Below, in pieces: positions 57,601 to 64,000 of a stretch of 64,000 bases of DNA. Position 1 is the first letter of the stretch. Every line of letters starts with the position of its first letter. The stretch is taken from assembly GCA_964270895.1 (NCBI GenBank), contig OZ185450.1. The stretch is one strand, 5' to 3'. The stretch is from Podarcis filfolensis (taxonomy: Eukaryota). The notes under the pieces are model-generated. The model ran no database searches. It was not told the DNA's origin and worked only from the letters and a program-made list of their open reading frames with translations. A program made the position numbers and the translations under genes.

Positions 57601-60393
57601 ACTGAAAGAGCTGCTTATTTGAAGGACTCCTTTAGGAAAGAAAGAACAATAAACTCAATAAAGTGGTTGGGACTGGATGTCTGAAAAACCCAAATTCAAT
57701 TGTCTGGGCCTGGAAGCTAATCTTCCTCATTTATAAGCTATTTTTTAAGAAATGAAGTGATACTAAAATGAGCCCCATACCCATTTCTCTTGAGCTTCTT
57801 TGAGACTGGGTAAAGTCAGTTCTCAGCCTTCGGTTTATTAACCTTTGCTTAGTTACAACAATTCCATGCACACATTTTCACATGTAAATAAATCTGGAAA
57901 AGACCTGATTTAAAACCTGTTTACATAAAATTATTGCATCCAACTGCTAAATTCATGAGGGAGATGGCACCTAGCACTGTCTAGGGCTTACCTCAAACTG
58001 CTCAAGAGGCTCATTCAAAGAGGAGCAGAGGCAGGTGCCTTGTCATTAGGTAGGAGAAGGTAAGCAGCAGCTTGTATCAACCACAGTAAAATCACAAATA
58101 ATGATGAAGTGCTGCATAACTGTTTACAGCCTTTGACTAATTAAACAATCTATGGCCTTTTAAACTGTGGCCTTTTAAACTTTTAAACTGGAGGGGTTAT
58201 TGTTTTTGTTTGGTATTATGTTATATATAATATATATTATGAAATATTATAGAGAGAGAGTGTGTGTGGTTTTATATTGTAAACCACTCTGTTATCTTTG
58301 GAAGAAAGGCAGAACAGAAATTCAATAAACTAAACTAAACAAACAAACAAAGGAAGCTGCCTTATATTGTCAGACCACTTAATCCATCTAGCTCAGTATT
58401 CTCTACAATGAATAGCAGGAGCTCTCCATGGTTTCAGGCAGGGAACATTCCCAGTACTACCTAGCGATGCCACTGGGGCTTGAACCAGGGACCTTGCGCA
58501 TACAAGCTAGATGCTCTACCACTGAGCATCTATGGCCATTCCCATATAGAAAGATTTTGGGGGACAACTGTATAACAACCTTCTTCAGCCTGGAGCCTTC
58601 CAGATGTTTTGGACTGCAACTATGCACAACCATACAGGCTGGGGCTGATAGTTGTAGTCCAAAAAGCTCTAGAGGCTATCAGGTTGGGGAACACTGCCGC
58701 AAAGCAAGCTACTTAGCCAGCCTCCCAACCTAAGCAATAGAAATACCCCATGGTATTGTAGTCCAATATCTGAAAGGCCAACAGATTGAACATCCCTGTT
58801 TTACAGGAATATAGGAAGGTAGGGAAAGTACTGAACAGAAGAAAGAGAAAACCATAGAATCATATAATTATAGAGTTGGAAGAGATTCCTGAGGATCATC
58901 TAGTCCAACCTCCTGCAATGCAGGAATTTCAACCACATCATACGTAACAAATGGCCATTCAACGTCTGCTTAAAAACCTAGATGGAAGGAGAGTCCACTG
59001 CCTCCTGAGGGAGGCTGTTCTACTATCTACTACTGTAGCTCTGTCAGAAAGTTCTTCCTGATGTTTAGTTGGAATATCATTTTGAAGCCATTGATTCAGG
59101 TCCTAGCCTCCTGACAGGTCTTTAGGTATTTGAAGATGGCTATCATATCTCCTGTCAGTCTCTTCTTCTCCAGGATAAATATGCTCCCTTAACCAGTGAT
59201 GCCTGACCACCCAGACACCCTTGCTTGCAGGGAGGCCGGCAAGCAGATAGAAAAGCGCCTGGCAAGGACACATCCCTACACAAAGTGCATTGCAACTGTG
59301 GCGAGATTGCTTCCCTGCAGGAGGAGTGCGGAGGCAGGCAGGATCGTGGCCCCGCGGCTTTGATAGTCGGGAGGAGGCGAGGGGGGGGGAGAGCTCTTCT
59401 TCCCCTCCCAGCGGGCAGAAATGCAGGTGCGAGCGGGCCTTGCCGCTCCCGCTCCCTCCCCGGCGAGAAGCGCGGATGCTTCCAAGGAGAGAGCGAGAGA
59501 AGGGAGAGGGTGGCGCTGGCGTCCTCGCTCGCTCGCTCGCTGCTTCTCCCGCCCCGCCGTTCTTCGCGCGCAGCAGCAGCATCTCCTCCCGGGGAGGCGA
59601 GGTGGGCGTGCCTGTCAAGTCTCCCGCGGCGGCCCAGGCTGCTGGTTGCGAGGCGGGCACGAGGTGGGCGGATCCCCTCCGGGAGGTGGTGGTTGTAGAA
59701 AGGGGGGGGGTAAAGAAAGCCTCCGCCTTCTCCCGCTCCATCCATCCCGAGGCGGCTCGTTTCCCGCCGGGCGCGAGCGCAGGCACGCCCCCCATCTCCT
59801 GCCGCCCCGCGTGCGCGCGCGCTTCTCTCTTCCCCCGCCACACACGCGAGCGAGCGAGCGCGCGTGCTAGGGAAGTCTCCCCCGCTAGACCCCCCCCTCC
59901 GCCGCACACATCCCGCTCCCTCCCCTTCCCTCCCCCGCGCGCCCGGCCGCCTGCTCCTCACCTCTCCACTGCCCGCTTCAGCACCGCAGGCCGCCCGGAA
60001 CCGGCGCAGGTTGATGCCGATGGTGGCCGAGACCTGGAGCGCCGCGTCGAAGCCCGGCGCCACCCCGGCACTGGCCGCCGTCGCCGCTACCGAGGAGGCA
60101 GCGGCGGCGGCGGCGCCCGAGCCAGGAGCAGCAGCGGGTGGAAGCGGAGGAGGCGGCGGGCCGAGGGCGGCGGCGGCGGCGGAGGCCGAGGAAGAGCCGC
60201 CCGCCCCGCCCCCTCCACCGCTGTTTCCCGCCGGCGCGGCCGCTCCTCCGCCGCCAGCCGGGCGCTCCTCGGGCGGCTCCCCGCGCAGGCTGCGCACGGC
60301 CGGCACCCGCACGCGGCAGCCCCCGAGCCCGCGGCGGCCCCAGCCACAGCTGCCGGGCCGGGCCGGGAAGCGCCACCGACCGCTGTGCGCCAT
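16432..60393 (-). CDS. KMT2A: Histone-lysine N-methyltransferase 2A (MLL1), complete; 36 coding exons, 11,931 nt, 3,976 aa
   Basis: Menin motif RWRFPARP, 3 AT-hooks, CXXC, PHD1-3, bromodomain, ePHD4, FYRN, two taspase-1 sites, KIX-binding TAD ([11 protein letters not shown]), FYRC, WIN, SET/post-SET; exon sizes match the human gene as recalled (432, 70, ~2.7k, 178, 235, 65 ... 130, 276); summed length divisible by 3 with no internal stop. Confidence 0.98.
16985..17097 (+). mobile_element. CR1 3' end fragment in KMT2A intron 35
   Basis: aagcagaggctggatggccat...cctgcattgcagaggattggactagagg...ctacaattcta. Confidence 0.65.
18153..18282 (-). CDS. KMT2A: KMT2A exon 35 (SET-N/SET-I)
   Basis: [43 protein letters not shown]; 130 nt. 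Confidence 0.97.
18364..18391 (+). repeat. (AGGC)7 microsatellite, (CCTG)n on the KMT2A sense strand
   Basis: aggcaggcaggcaggcaggcaggcaggc. Confidence 0.9.
18536..18695. mobile_element. 160-bp GC-rich hAT MITE in KMT2A intron 34
   Basis: Perfect 8-bp TSD CCTACCAA (18528-18535, 18696-18703); TIRs cagtggcggag / ctccaccagtg. Confidence 0.85.
18719..18802 (-). CDS. KMT2A: KMT2A exon 34 (pre-SET)
   Basis: [26 protein letters not shown]; 84 nt. Confidence 0.96.
19051..19158 (-). CDS. KMT2A: KMT2A exon 33
   Basis: [22 protein letters not shown]; 108 nt. Confidence 0.96.
19685..19859 (-). CDS. KMT2A: KMT2A exon 32 (FYRC end, WIN motif)
   Basis: [19 protein letters not shown]...[10 protein letters not shown]; 175 nt. 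Confidence 0.96.
20345..20419 (-). CDS. KMT2A: KMT2A exon 31 (FYRC)
   Basis: [24 protein letters not shown]; 75 nt. Confidence 0.96.
20691..20861 (-). CDS. KMT2A: KMT2A exon 30 (FYRC start)
   Basis: [12 protein letters not shown]...[17 protein letters not shown]; 171 nt. Confidence 0.95.
21050..21135 (-). mobile_element. L2-type LINE 3' tail fragment
   Basis: taccctgcccatctggctgggttttcccagccacactgggtggcttcc; same family as 42805-42900. Confidence 0.55.
21226..21290 (-). CDS. KMT2A: KMT2A exon 29
   Basis: [21 protein letters not shown]; 65 nt, phase 2-1. Confidence 0.88.
21858..21941 (-). CDS. KMT2A: KMT2A exon 28
   Basis: ccag| ... AG|gtaagg; 84 nt, phase 2-2; ATSVEQP. Confidence 0.85.
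22526..26789 (-). CDS. KMT2A: KMT2A exon 27 (taspase-1 sites, transactivation domain)
   Basis: 4,264 nt open frame; [29 protein letters not shown]. Confidence 0.97.
26857..27225 (+). mobile_element. Sauria SINE (Squam1 type), full length with TSD
   Basis: gggacgcgggtggcgctg head, ggcggttcgaatccc B-box, (accttt)3 tail; TSD tactgaatgcaaa at 26843-26855 and 27226-27238. Confidence 0.95.
28071..28229 (-). CDS. KMT2A: KMT2A exon 26
   Basis: [10 protein letters not shown]...[11 protein letters not shown]; 159 nt, phase 1-1. Confidence 0.9.
28995..29155 (-). CDS. KMT2A: KMT2A exon 25 (FYRN)
   Basis: [21 protein letters not shown]; 161 nt; GC donor. Confidence 0.93.
29334..29412 (-). CDS. KMT2A: KMT2A exon 24 (FYRN)
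   Basis: [25 protein letters not shown]; 79 nt. Confidence 0.96.
29509..29626 (-). CDS. KMT2A: KMT2A exon 23
   Basis: [19 protein letters not shown]...IHMMI; 118 nt. Confidence 0.96.
29769..29927 (-). CDS. KMT2A: KMT2A exon 22 (PHD4)
   Basis: [27 protein letters not shown]; 159 nt. Confidence 0.96.
30859..30996 (-). CDS. KMT2A: KMT2A exon 21
   Basis: [27 protein letters not shown]; 138 nt. Confidence 0.96.
31130..32340 (-). mobile_element. ~1.2 kb degenerate CR1 LINE (RT and 3' end) in KMT2A intron 20
   Basis: ctagcccaaccctctgctc, cttactgtcaagaaatt, tactccagatgaggtctgactagtg, aatgctttgct; many stops. Confidence 0.75.
32444..32550 (-). CDS. KMT2A: KMT2A exon 20 (ePHD4 start)
   Basis: [11 protein letters not shown]...[17 protein letters not shown]; 107 nt; GAG acceptor. 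Confidence 0.92.
32956..33149 (-). CDS. KMT2A: KMT2A exon 19
   Basis: [24 protein letters not shown]; 194 nt. Confidence 0.96.
33488..33561 (-). CDS. KMT2A: KMT2A exon 18
   Basis: [24 protein letters not shown]; 74 nt; AAG acceptor. Confidence 0.94.
33840..33950 (-). CDS. KMT2A: KMT2A exon 17 (bromodomain)
   Basis: [37 protein letters not shown]; 111 nt. Confidence 0.96.
34326..34499 (-). CDS. KMT2A: KMT2A exon 16
   Basis: [14 protein letters not shown]...[14 protein letters not shown]; 174 nt. Confidence 0.95.
34578..34680 (-). mobile_element. CR1 3' end fragment
   Basis: aagagc..aagagcctgcaggatcaggccaatagtcccatctagtccaacattctg...ggccaaccagatgcc. Confidence 0.7.
35709..35893 (-). CDS. 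KMT2A: KMT2A exon 15 (PHD3 end, linker)
   Basis: [29 protein letters not shown]...LLRYRQ; 185 nt. Confidence 0.96.
36293..36406 (-). CDS. KMT2A: KMT2A exon 14 (PHD3)
   Basis: [37 protein letters not shown]; 114 nt. Confidence 0.96.
36752..36872 (-). CDS. KMT2A: KMT2A exon 13 (PHD2)
   Basis: [40 protein letters not shown]; 121 nt. Confidence 0.96.
37192..37287 (-). CDS. KMT2A: KMT2A exon 12 (PHD2)
   Basis: [32 protein letters not shown]; 96 nt. Confidence 0.96.
37349..37554. mobile_element. 206-bp hAT (Charlie-like) MITE in KMT2A intron 11
   Basis: Perfect 16-bp TIR CAGAGCTTTCCAAACT; perfect 8-bp TSD CTTTAGAC (37341-37348, 37555-37562). Confidence 0.92.
37704..37850 (-). CDS. KMT2A: KMT2A exon 11 (PHD1/2)
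   Basis: [16 protein letters not shown]...CGRQHQATK; 147 nt. Confidence 0.96.
38381..38494 (-). CDS. KMT2A: KMT2A exon 10 (PHD1 start)
   Basis: [38 protein letters not shown]; 114 nt. Confidence 0.96.
39039..39167 (-). CDS. KMT2A: KMT2A exon 9
   Basis: ERPPPVSKP...[11 protein letters not shown]; 129 nt. Confidence 0.95.
39783..39856 (-). CDS. KMT2A: KMT2A exon 8
   Basis: [24 protein letters not shown]; 74 nt. Confidence 0.94.
40220..40603 (-). CDS. KMT2A: KMT2A exon 7
   Basis: VKKKEKKSK...[11 protein letters not shown]; 384 nt, phase 1-1. Confidence 0.92.
40836..40900 (-). CDS. KMT2A: KMT2A exon 6
   Basis: [21 protein letters not shown]; 65 nt. Confidence 0.96.
41676..41910 (-). CDS. KMT2A: KMT2A exon 5 (CXXC)
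   Basis: [29 protein letters not shown]; 235 nt. Confidence 0.96.
42142..42319 (-). CDS. KMT2A: KMT2A exon 4
   Basis: [28 protein letters not shown]; 178 nt. Confidence 0.96.
42805..42900 (-). mobile_element. L2-type LINE 3' tail with (AAT)n
   Basis: aataataataatttattatttataccccgcccatctgactgagtttccccagccactctgggcggctccc. Confidence 0.65.
43259..45939 (-). CDS. KMT2A: KMT2A exon 3 (AT-hooks, SNL1/2)
   Basis: 2,681 nt open frame: [21 protein letters not shown]. Confidence 0.97.
46590..46659 (-). CDS. KMT2A: KMT2A exon 2 ([20 protein letters not shown]-binding motif)
   Basis: 70 nt; long pyrimidine tract then cag|; |gtatgt. Confidence 0.95.
46800..47035 (+). mobile_element. CR1 3' end fragment (a second, related piece at ~47300-47500)
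   Basis: gctatcagtggctactagtcatgatggct...ctagatgagcctttggtctgatccagc...tgttctta. Confidence 0.65.
48142..48364. mobile_element. Tigger/mariner MITE in KMT2A intron 1
   Basis: TA|CAGTGGTACCTCAGGTTA ... TAACCCGAGGTACCACTG|TA; 18-bp TIR with 1 mismatch, TA TSD. Confidence 0.9.
48655..48689 (+). repeat. (CA)17 microsatellite
   Basis: Perfect CA run. Confidence 0.95.
50390..50680 (-). mobile_element. L1 LINE ORF2 C-terminus and 3'UTR relic
   Basis: Minus strand reads [39 protein letters not shown], like recalled squamate L1 ...EEWQIKLMEYAELAKLTGRIRNQ...EW; weaker L1-like text continues to ~49600. Confidence 0.6.
53392..53487 (+). mobile_element. tRNA(Lys)-head / CR1-tail SINE, internally deleted
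   Basis: cctgggatagctcagtgagtaaagcatgagactc (A-box) joined to ctgcattg...ggactagatgaccctc.tggtcccttc...ctatgattct; B-box missing. Confidence 0.65.
54792..54929. mobile_element. Near-palindromic hAT MITE (related copy at ~58575-58690)
   Basis: cagggatagccaatgtggtgccctccaga...actcccatc...gatgagagttgtagtcc...gagggcagagttggttatctctg. Confidence 0.7.
58351..58545 (-). mobile_element. Squam3-like tRNA-derived SINE
   Basis: Minus strand gctcagtggtagagcatctagcttgtatgcgcaaggtccctggttcaagcccc...tactgagctagatgga...ataaggcagcttcct. Confidence 0.8.
58850..59190 (-). mobile_element. CR1 3' region abutting the KMT2A CpG island
   Basis: catagaatcata...tagagttggaagag...catctagtccaacctcctgcaatgcaggaa...gtcagaaagttcttcctgatgtttag. 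Confidence 0.75.
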
Positions 60394-60960
60394 CTTTACT
60401 GTGAGGCGACGAGCCAGAGAGCGGGGCCGGGCCGCGCCCGGGAACCTGCCTGGCGCACAACCCGCCCCTAGGGGCGCTGCAGACACGCGGCTCCCATCCA
60501 GGTTCCGGGGCCCCGCCAGAGCGCCGCCCCGCGCCTCGCCTGAGCCATGGCTCGCCGCAGCAGCCGCGGCATAACAGCGGAGCCTATACAGGGGCCGGGG
60601 CCCCCGCCCGGGAAGCGGGACACCTCAAAAGCCCGGCCGGCCTGCGCGGCATAACTTTGGGCGGCATGCTCGGCGCGGGGCCCCCGGCTGGGGCGGGCCT
60701 TCGGCTTCACTGCGGCCGCCTGGTCCGCCCAGTGGCCACTGGCGGGGACCGCAGCAAACGGCGGCGGCAGGAGCAGCAGCTGCTCCTACGGCCGCCCTTG
60801 CGAGGATGCCCGCCCGCGGCAGCCTCCTGCAACGGGACAAGGGCAGCAGGTGCAGCGCGGCTGGAGGCGCTGCAAGGCGGCCGCCCCAGATCAAGAGCAG
60901 GCGCGGGTGTGGCCTCGCTCACGTGCCAAAACTTAGCCTGGCGGCAAAACAGCAAAAAAA
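59230..60960. promoter_or_regulatory. KMT2A promoter CpG island (exon 1 and flanks)
   Basis: Very high GC and CpG density; GC boxes; E-box CACGTG at 60920-60925. Confidence 0.92.
59962..60393 (-). CDS. KMT2A: KMT2A exon 1 (menin-binding motifs, N-terminal LEDGF contact)
   Basis: [14 protein letters not shown]...[20 protein letters not shown]; GAG|gtgagg. Confidence 0.96.
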
Positions 60961-63900
60961 AAAAGGCGCTTAGAGAAAAGAGCATCCTGGTGGCGCGCCC
61001 TGCTAGGCCTTTCTTCTTTCTAAGGGTGCAAGGCCAGCTTTGCCTTGCAACTGGAAGTCTCCGCTTCTCCCCCTCTAGTAAGGCTGCTCTCTTGCCCTCC
61101 CTTCTCTTCACTTGGCACCAGTGCGAATTGCCCCTCTGCCTCCATGGCGGGGGGGGGGGCAGGAAAGCTTCACACCAGCTTTGCTGATGAAACCCAAATT
61201 TGGCAGAGGTATCTGCTTTGGCCGCATGCTGTGCAGGAGCTAAGTGGGAAACAGCATCACTTGTCCAACTTCCTGCTTCAGCTTAATGTACCCATTCTGG
61301 GACTAAAAGGAAGCCACCCTCAACACCTCATAACAAAGGTGGTGAGTATTCGGCTTTGTGGTTACCAGAGGAAGACCTCAATGGCCACATTTGCCATATT
61401 GGCCTTTCTTTAAGGACAGCCACAGCCTGGCAGACTAAGCAGCACAAGCCTAGCTGGACTGATGGTGTGACTCACTCTTAAATTTCTGTAGCTGGGGAGG
61501 ATGGGATAGGCTAAGCCAAGGACTCACCCAAACGGATTCCCTTGGACTGAATGTGCTGTTTGGGTGTCCATATATTGCTTTCACCATTGCTGAAGGCTAG
61601 GCCTGCTTATCCATGAAAATCCAACATCCCCCTTTGTAACCGTGAAAACTTTGTGGTGCTGGGCAATTCCCCACCTGCACTTAACAGGACTGCTTAAGGG
61701 GAACACAGGGCAAATAATAACGGACCAGCAGGTCATGTAGTCCAACCCCTAGATAGATGTCATTATCCAGGCATAACAAAAACAAGACTCGATTTTGCTT
61801 TTGGACCACACAAACAGCAGCATTATTAACCAGACCAAGGTGATACAAACTCTATTCTCTGCCATGGACTTCTCTAGTGGCCGACAGCGGATACGTAGCA
61901 AAGCCCACCAGGGAGGTTGCCACCGCTAAATACAATCTGAGCTGCAGAAATTGGTGTTACCGTGCTGTTGCTGCTGCTTCCGATCCCTTTCTGTGGTCTC
62001 TCAATCCTGGGGTCTCTCACCAGCAAGCCACAATTAAGTTCAGTGTAGGCATTGCCTGCTGGGATGCTAAGCAACTACACTGAAACAATACTGTGATTTC
62101 TCAGCTGGAAACAGGTGGGGGAGGGGGGAGGAGAGGGAGGTTGGAAAGCCTCTGCACCAGAGACCCAAGTCTTTGTAAAGCTGTGCCAGTACTTCGTTTG
62201 TGGTGCACATTCAGATTCCTGGGCCCTAGTAGAGAGTATTCCTTGCTGTCAAGCAGACTGGTGGGTTATTCTACAGCAACTGCATTATAAACATTAATAT
62301 TCCTACCCACCTCTGTTTTAAAACTTTGTAGTTCCAAACAAGGGCAAGGAAGGGAACCATCACTCCAGTCATGCACCTCTGAATATACATCCTTACAGAC
62401 TGCTCTCACCAGAGAGGTGTGGATTCCCTTGCCTTTCCTTCCCTGCATCATAGGCCCCAAGTGATAACTCTGACAGCCTCCTCACAAACTGCAGAATGAC
62501 GTTAAGAACTAGGACTGCCACTTCTATGGGTACAACCCACATTAGGCATAATTAAGCAGCACATTGTGCCACCTGGTCTGCTATCAGACTGTGCATCTAA
62601 GGCTCGTCTTTCTCTAAAAACCAAGGCATTCCTTTGGCACAGATCCACATCTATATATAGCTGGACATTGCTAATGTATTAATAGTCAGGAAATGACTAA
62701 AGGGAAGACGACGTTTCTTGGGAGTTTTCGATCTAGAAAAGACACTAAATTTCAAGGATCAAAACCCACACTAACTTTACTGAGGATGCCTTGTTAAGGG
62801 GCACTACCATATATCCGATCCAAATAACTTTATTGTACCTGGCCATGACAAATCTGAATCAAAAATAAATACAAGCAAAAGGGGTGCCGCACTACAAATA
62901 ATGGTCTCTTATTTGTATCTCTGTGTTTCCCTTACAGTTCACTATGTTGTCCAGGGTCTTCTTTCTGATCGTTTTGGCAGCCAAAGCAAAAAGGATGACT
63001 TTATGAGTCAGTGAAGCATTTACATCGCTAAGAAGCCATAGGACTTTCTCTGCCAGAGAGAGACATCTTATAGAGACAGTAAAGTAAGAAATCGCCTCCT
63101 GGGTCCCACTACCATATAGACCAGGACACTTTGATCAAGATGTGTATTTTTGGCATTCTACCCAGTTTAGCAATGCTGATGGACAAATATGTTCCACTCC
63201 TCTTTGCAACACAGGAGACTGGAAGGACTGTGGCCATACTTGCCTTCAGGTGCTCCTGACTAGGAAAAGCATTAAATATTCATTTGGAATTCTGGTCTAC
63301 TGTTTTTAGGAGAAAGCTGCAATACAACAGCACATAAAAAGAAACGCCTGCTAAAACCTCATGCTCATTAACAACCAAGCTTCATCCATCACACCATCTT
63401 GTTTCTTCCTGTAAGGTCTGTACTCCAGCAGACCTGCCAGAGTAAGGAAAGCCATAGTTTGCTGCACTTCCACACAAAGTTAAATACAAAGTCGTGCAAT
63501 AATGAGGTTATATTTAAAGCAAGACAGGTTGAGTAAAGTTATCCTTCCAACAGCCCAGTCACATTGGTTTTCAAGGAATTAGCATGATAGGTTTGGTGGC
63601 TGTTTTTTAAGTCGTAAAACCACTTCCACAGCTGGCAGCACTAATGTGCTGCATTTATAAACGTGTCAATGGTGTCACACAGACCCTAGCACAGAGCTAA
63701 GGCCAGTTTAACGCTCACTCACTGCTAGGCAACCAAAACATTATTGAAGCATTAGTTGATCAAAGGCTATTTAACATGGATACACAAATCAATCTTTGTT
63801 TCACAATCCCCCCCCTTGCTATTAGTGACTCCACTCCATTTTAGGAAGCAACTAATATTTCAGAAGGCAAGTACTAGAAGTGGTGCCTGAGCAGGGCTTT

Positions 63901-64000
63901 TCTCAGTGGTTGCCTTGCCACTGAACACCTGGCTGGATGCAACCCAGTTAAGTTTGCCTCCTTCATATTCTTTTAAGCTTTCTGGAAGGAGTAATTAAGG

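Noticed and set aside
46660-59961. Homolog of the optional extra KMT2A exon reported in human intron 1, and intronic snoRNAs or miRNA hairpins
   Set aside because: No convincing exon, C/D or H/ACA box pair, or hairpin by eye; needs Infernal/Rfam and RNA-seq
60394-60486. In-frame 31-codon GTG-initiated extension upstream of the KMT2A ATG
   Set aside because: Weak context, expected in GC-rich DNA, and the vertebrate KMT2A 5'UTR is very short as recalled
59103-61187. Many long ORFs on both strands (393 aa, 268 aa, 236 aa, 443 aa read-through of exon 1)
   Set aside because: Stop-codon scarcity in a CpG island; low-complexity Arg/Ala/Pro/Gly; only 60393-59962 (-) matches a known protein
61000-64000. 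Expected upstream neighbour ATP5MG (ATP5L) exons; a minus-strand AATAAA at ~62829-62834
   Set aside because: No ATP5MG-like peptide found in any frame; a lone hexamer is not enough to call a gene end

Overview
Vertebrate genomic DNA from a squamate reptile, probably a lacertid lizard (inferred from two Sauria-SINE copies, a Squam3-like SINE and CR1/L2/hAT/mariner relics). It holds the conserved syntenic block IFT46 (+, last 8 coding exons; 5' part lies outside the window), TMEM25 (-, 8 coding exons, 366 aa), TTC36 (-, 3 coding exons, 198 aa) and a complete KMT2A/MLL1 (-, 36 coding exons, 11,931 nt CDS, 3,976 aa, ~3.2 kb 3'UTR, CpG-island promoter at ~59.2-61.0 kb). I placed every exon by hand from splice signals, and the phases close into uninterrupted reading frames. 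I found no new multi-gene system, and no prokaryotic-type or CRISPR element. The most interesting signals are: (1) substitutions at three known regulatory switches of MLL1 (SET-I Gln->Leu, PHD3-bromo linker His-Pro->Pro-Pro, LEDGF-contact Phe->Cys); (2) rare splice sites (a GC donor, GAG and AAG acceptors); (3) young TSD-flanked transposons next to KMT2A splice sites; (4) a 3'UTR with tandem miR-302/430-type seeds, a Pumilio element and a CPE; (5) a possible TTC36 leader exon abutting the KMT2A poly(A) site. Human sequences, residue numbers and repeat-family consensus sequences are recalled from memory and need confirming by alignment.
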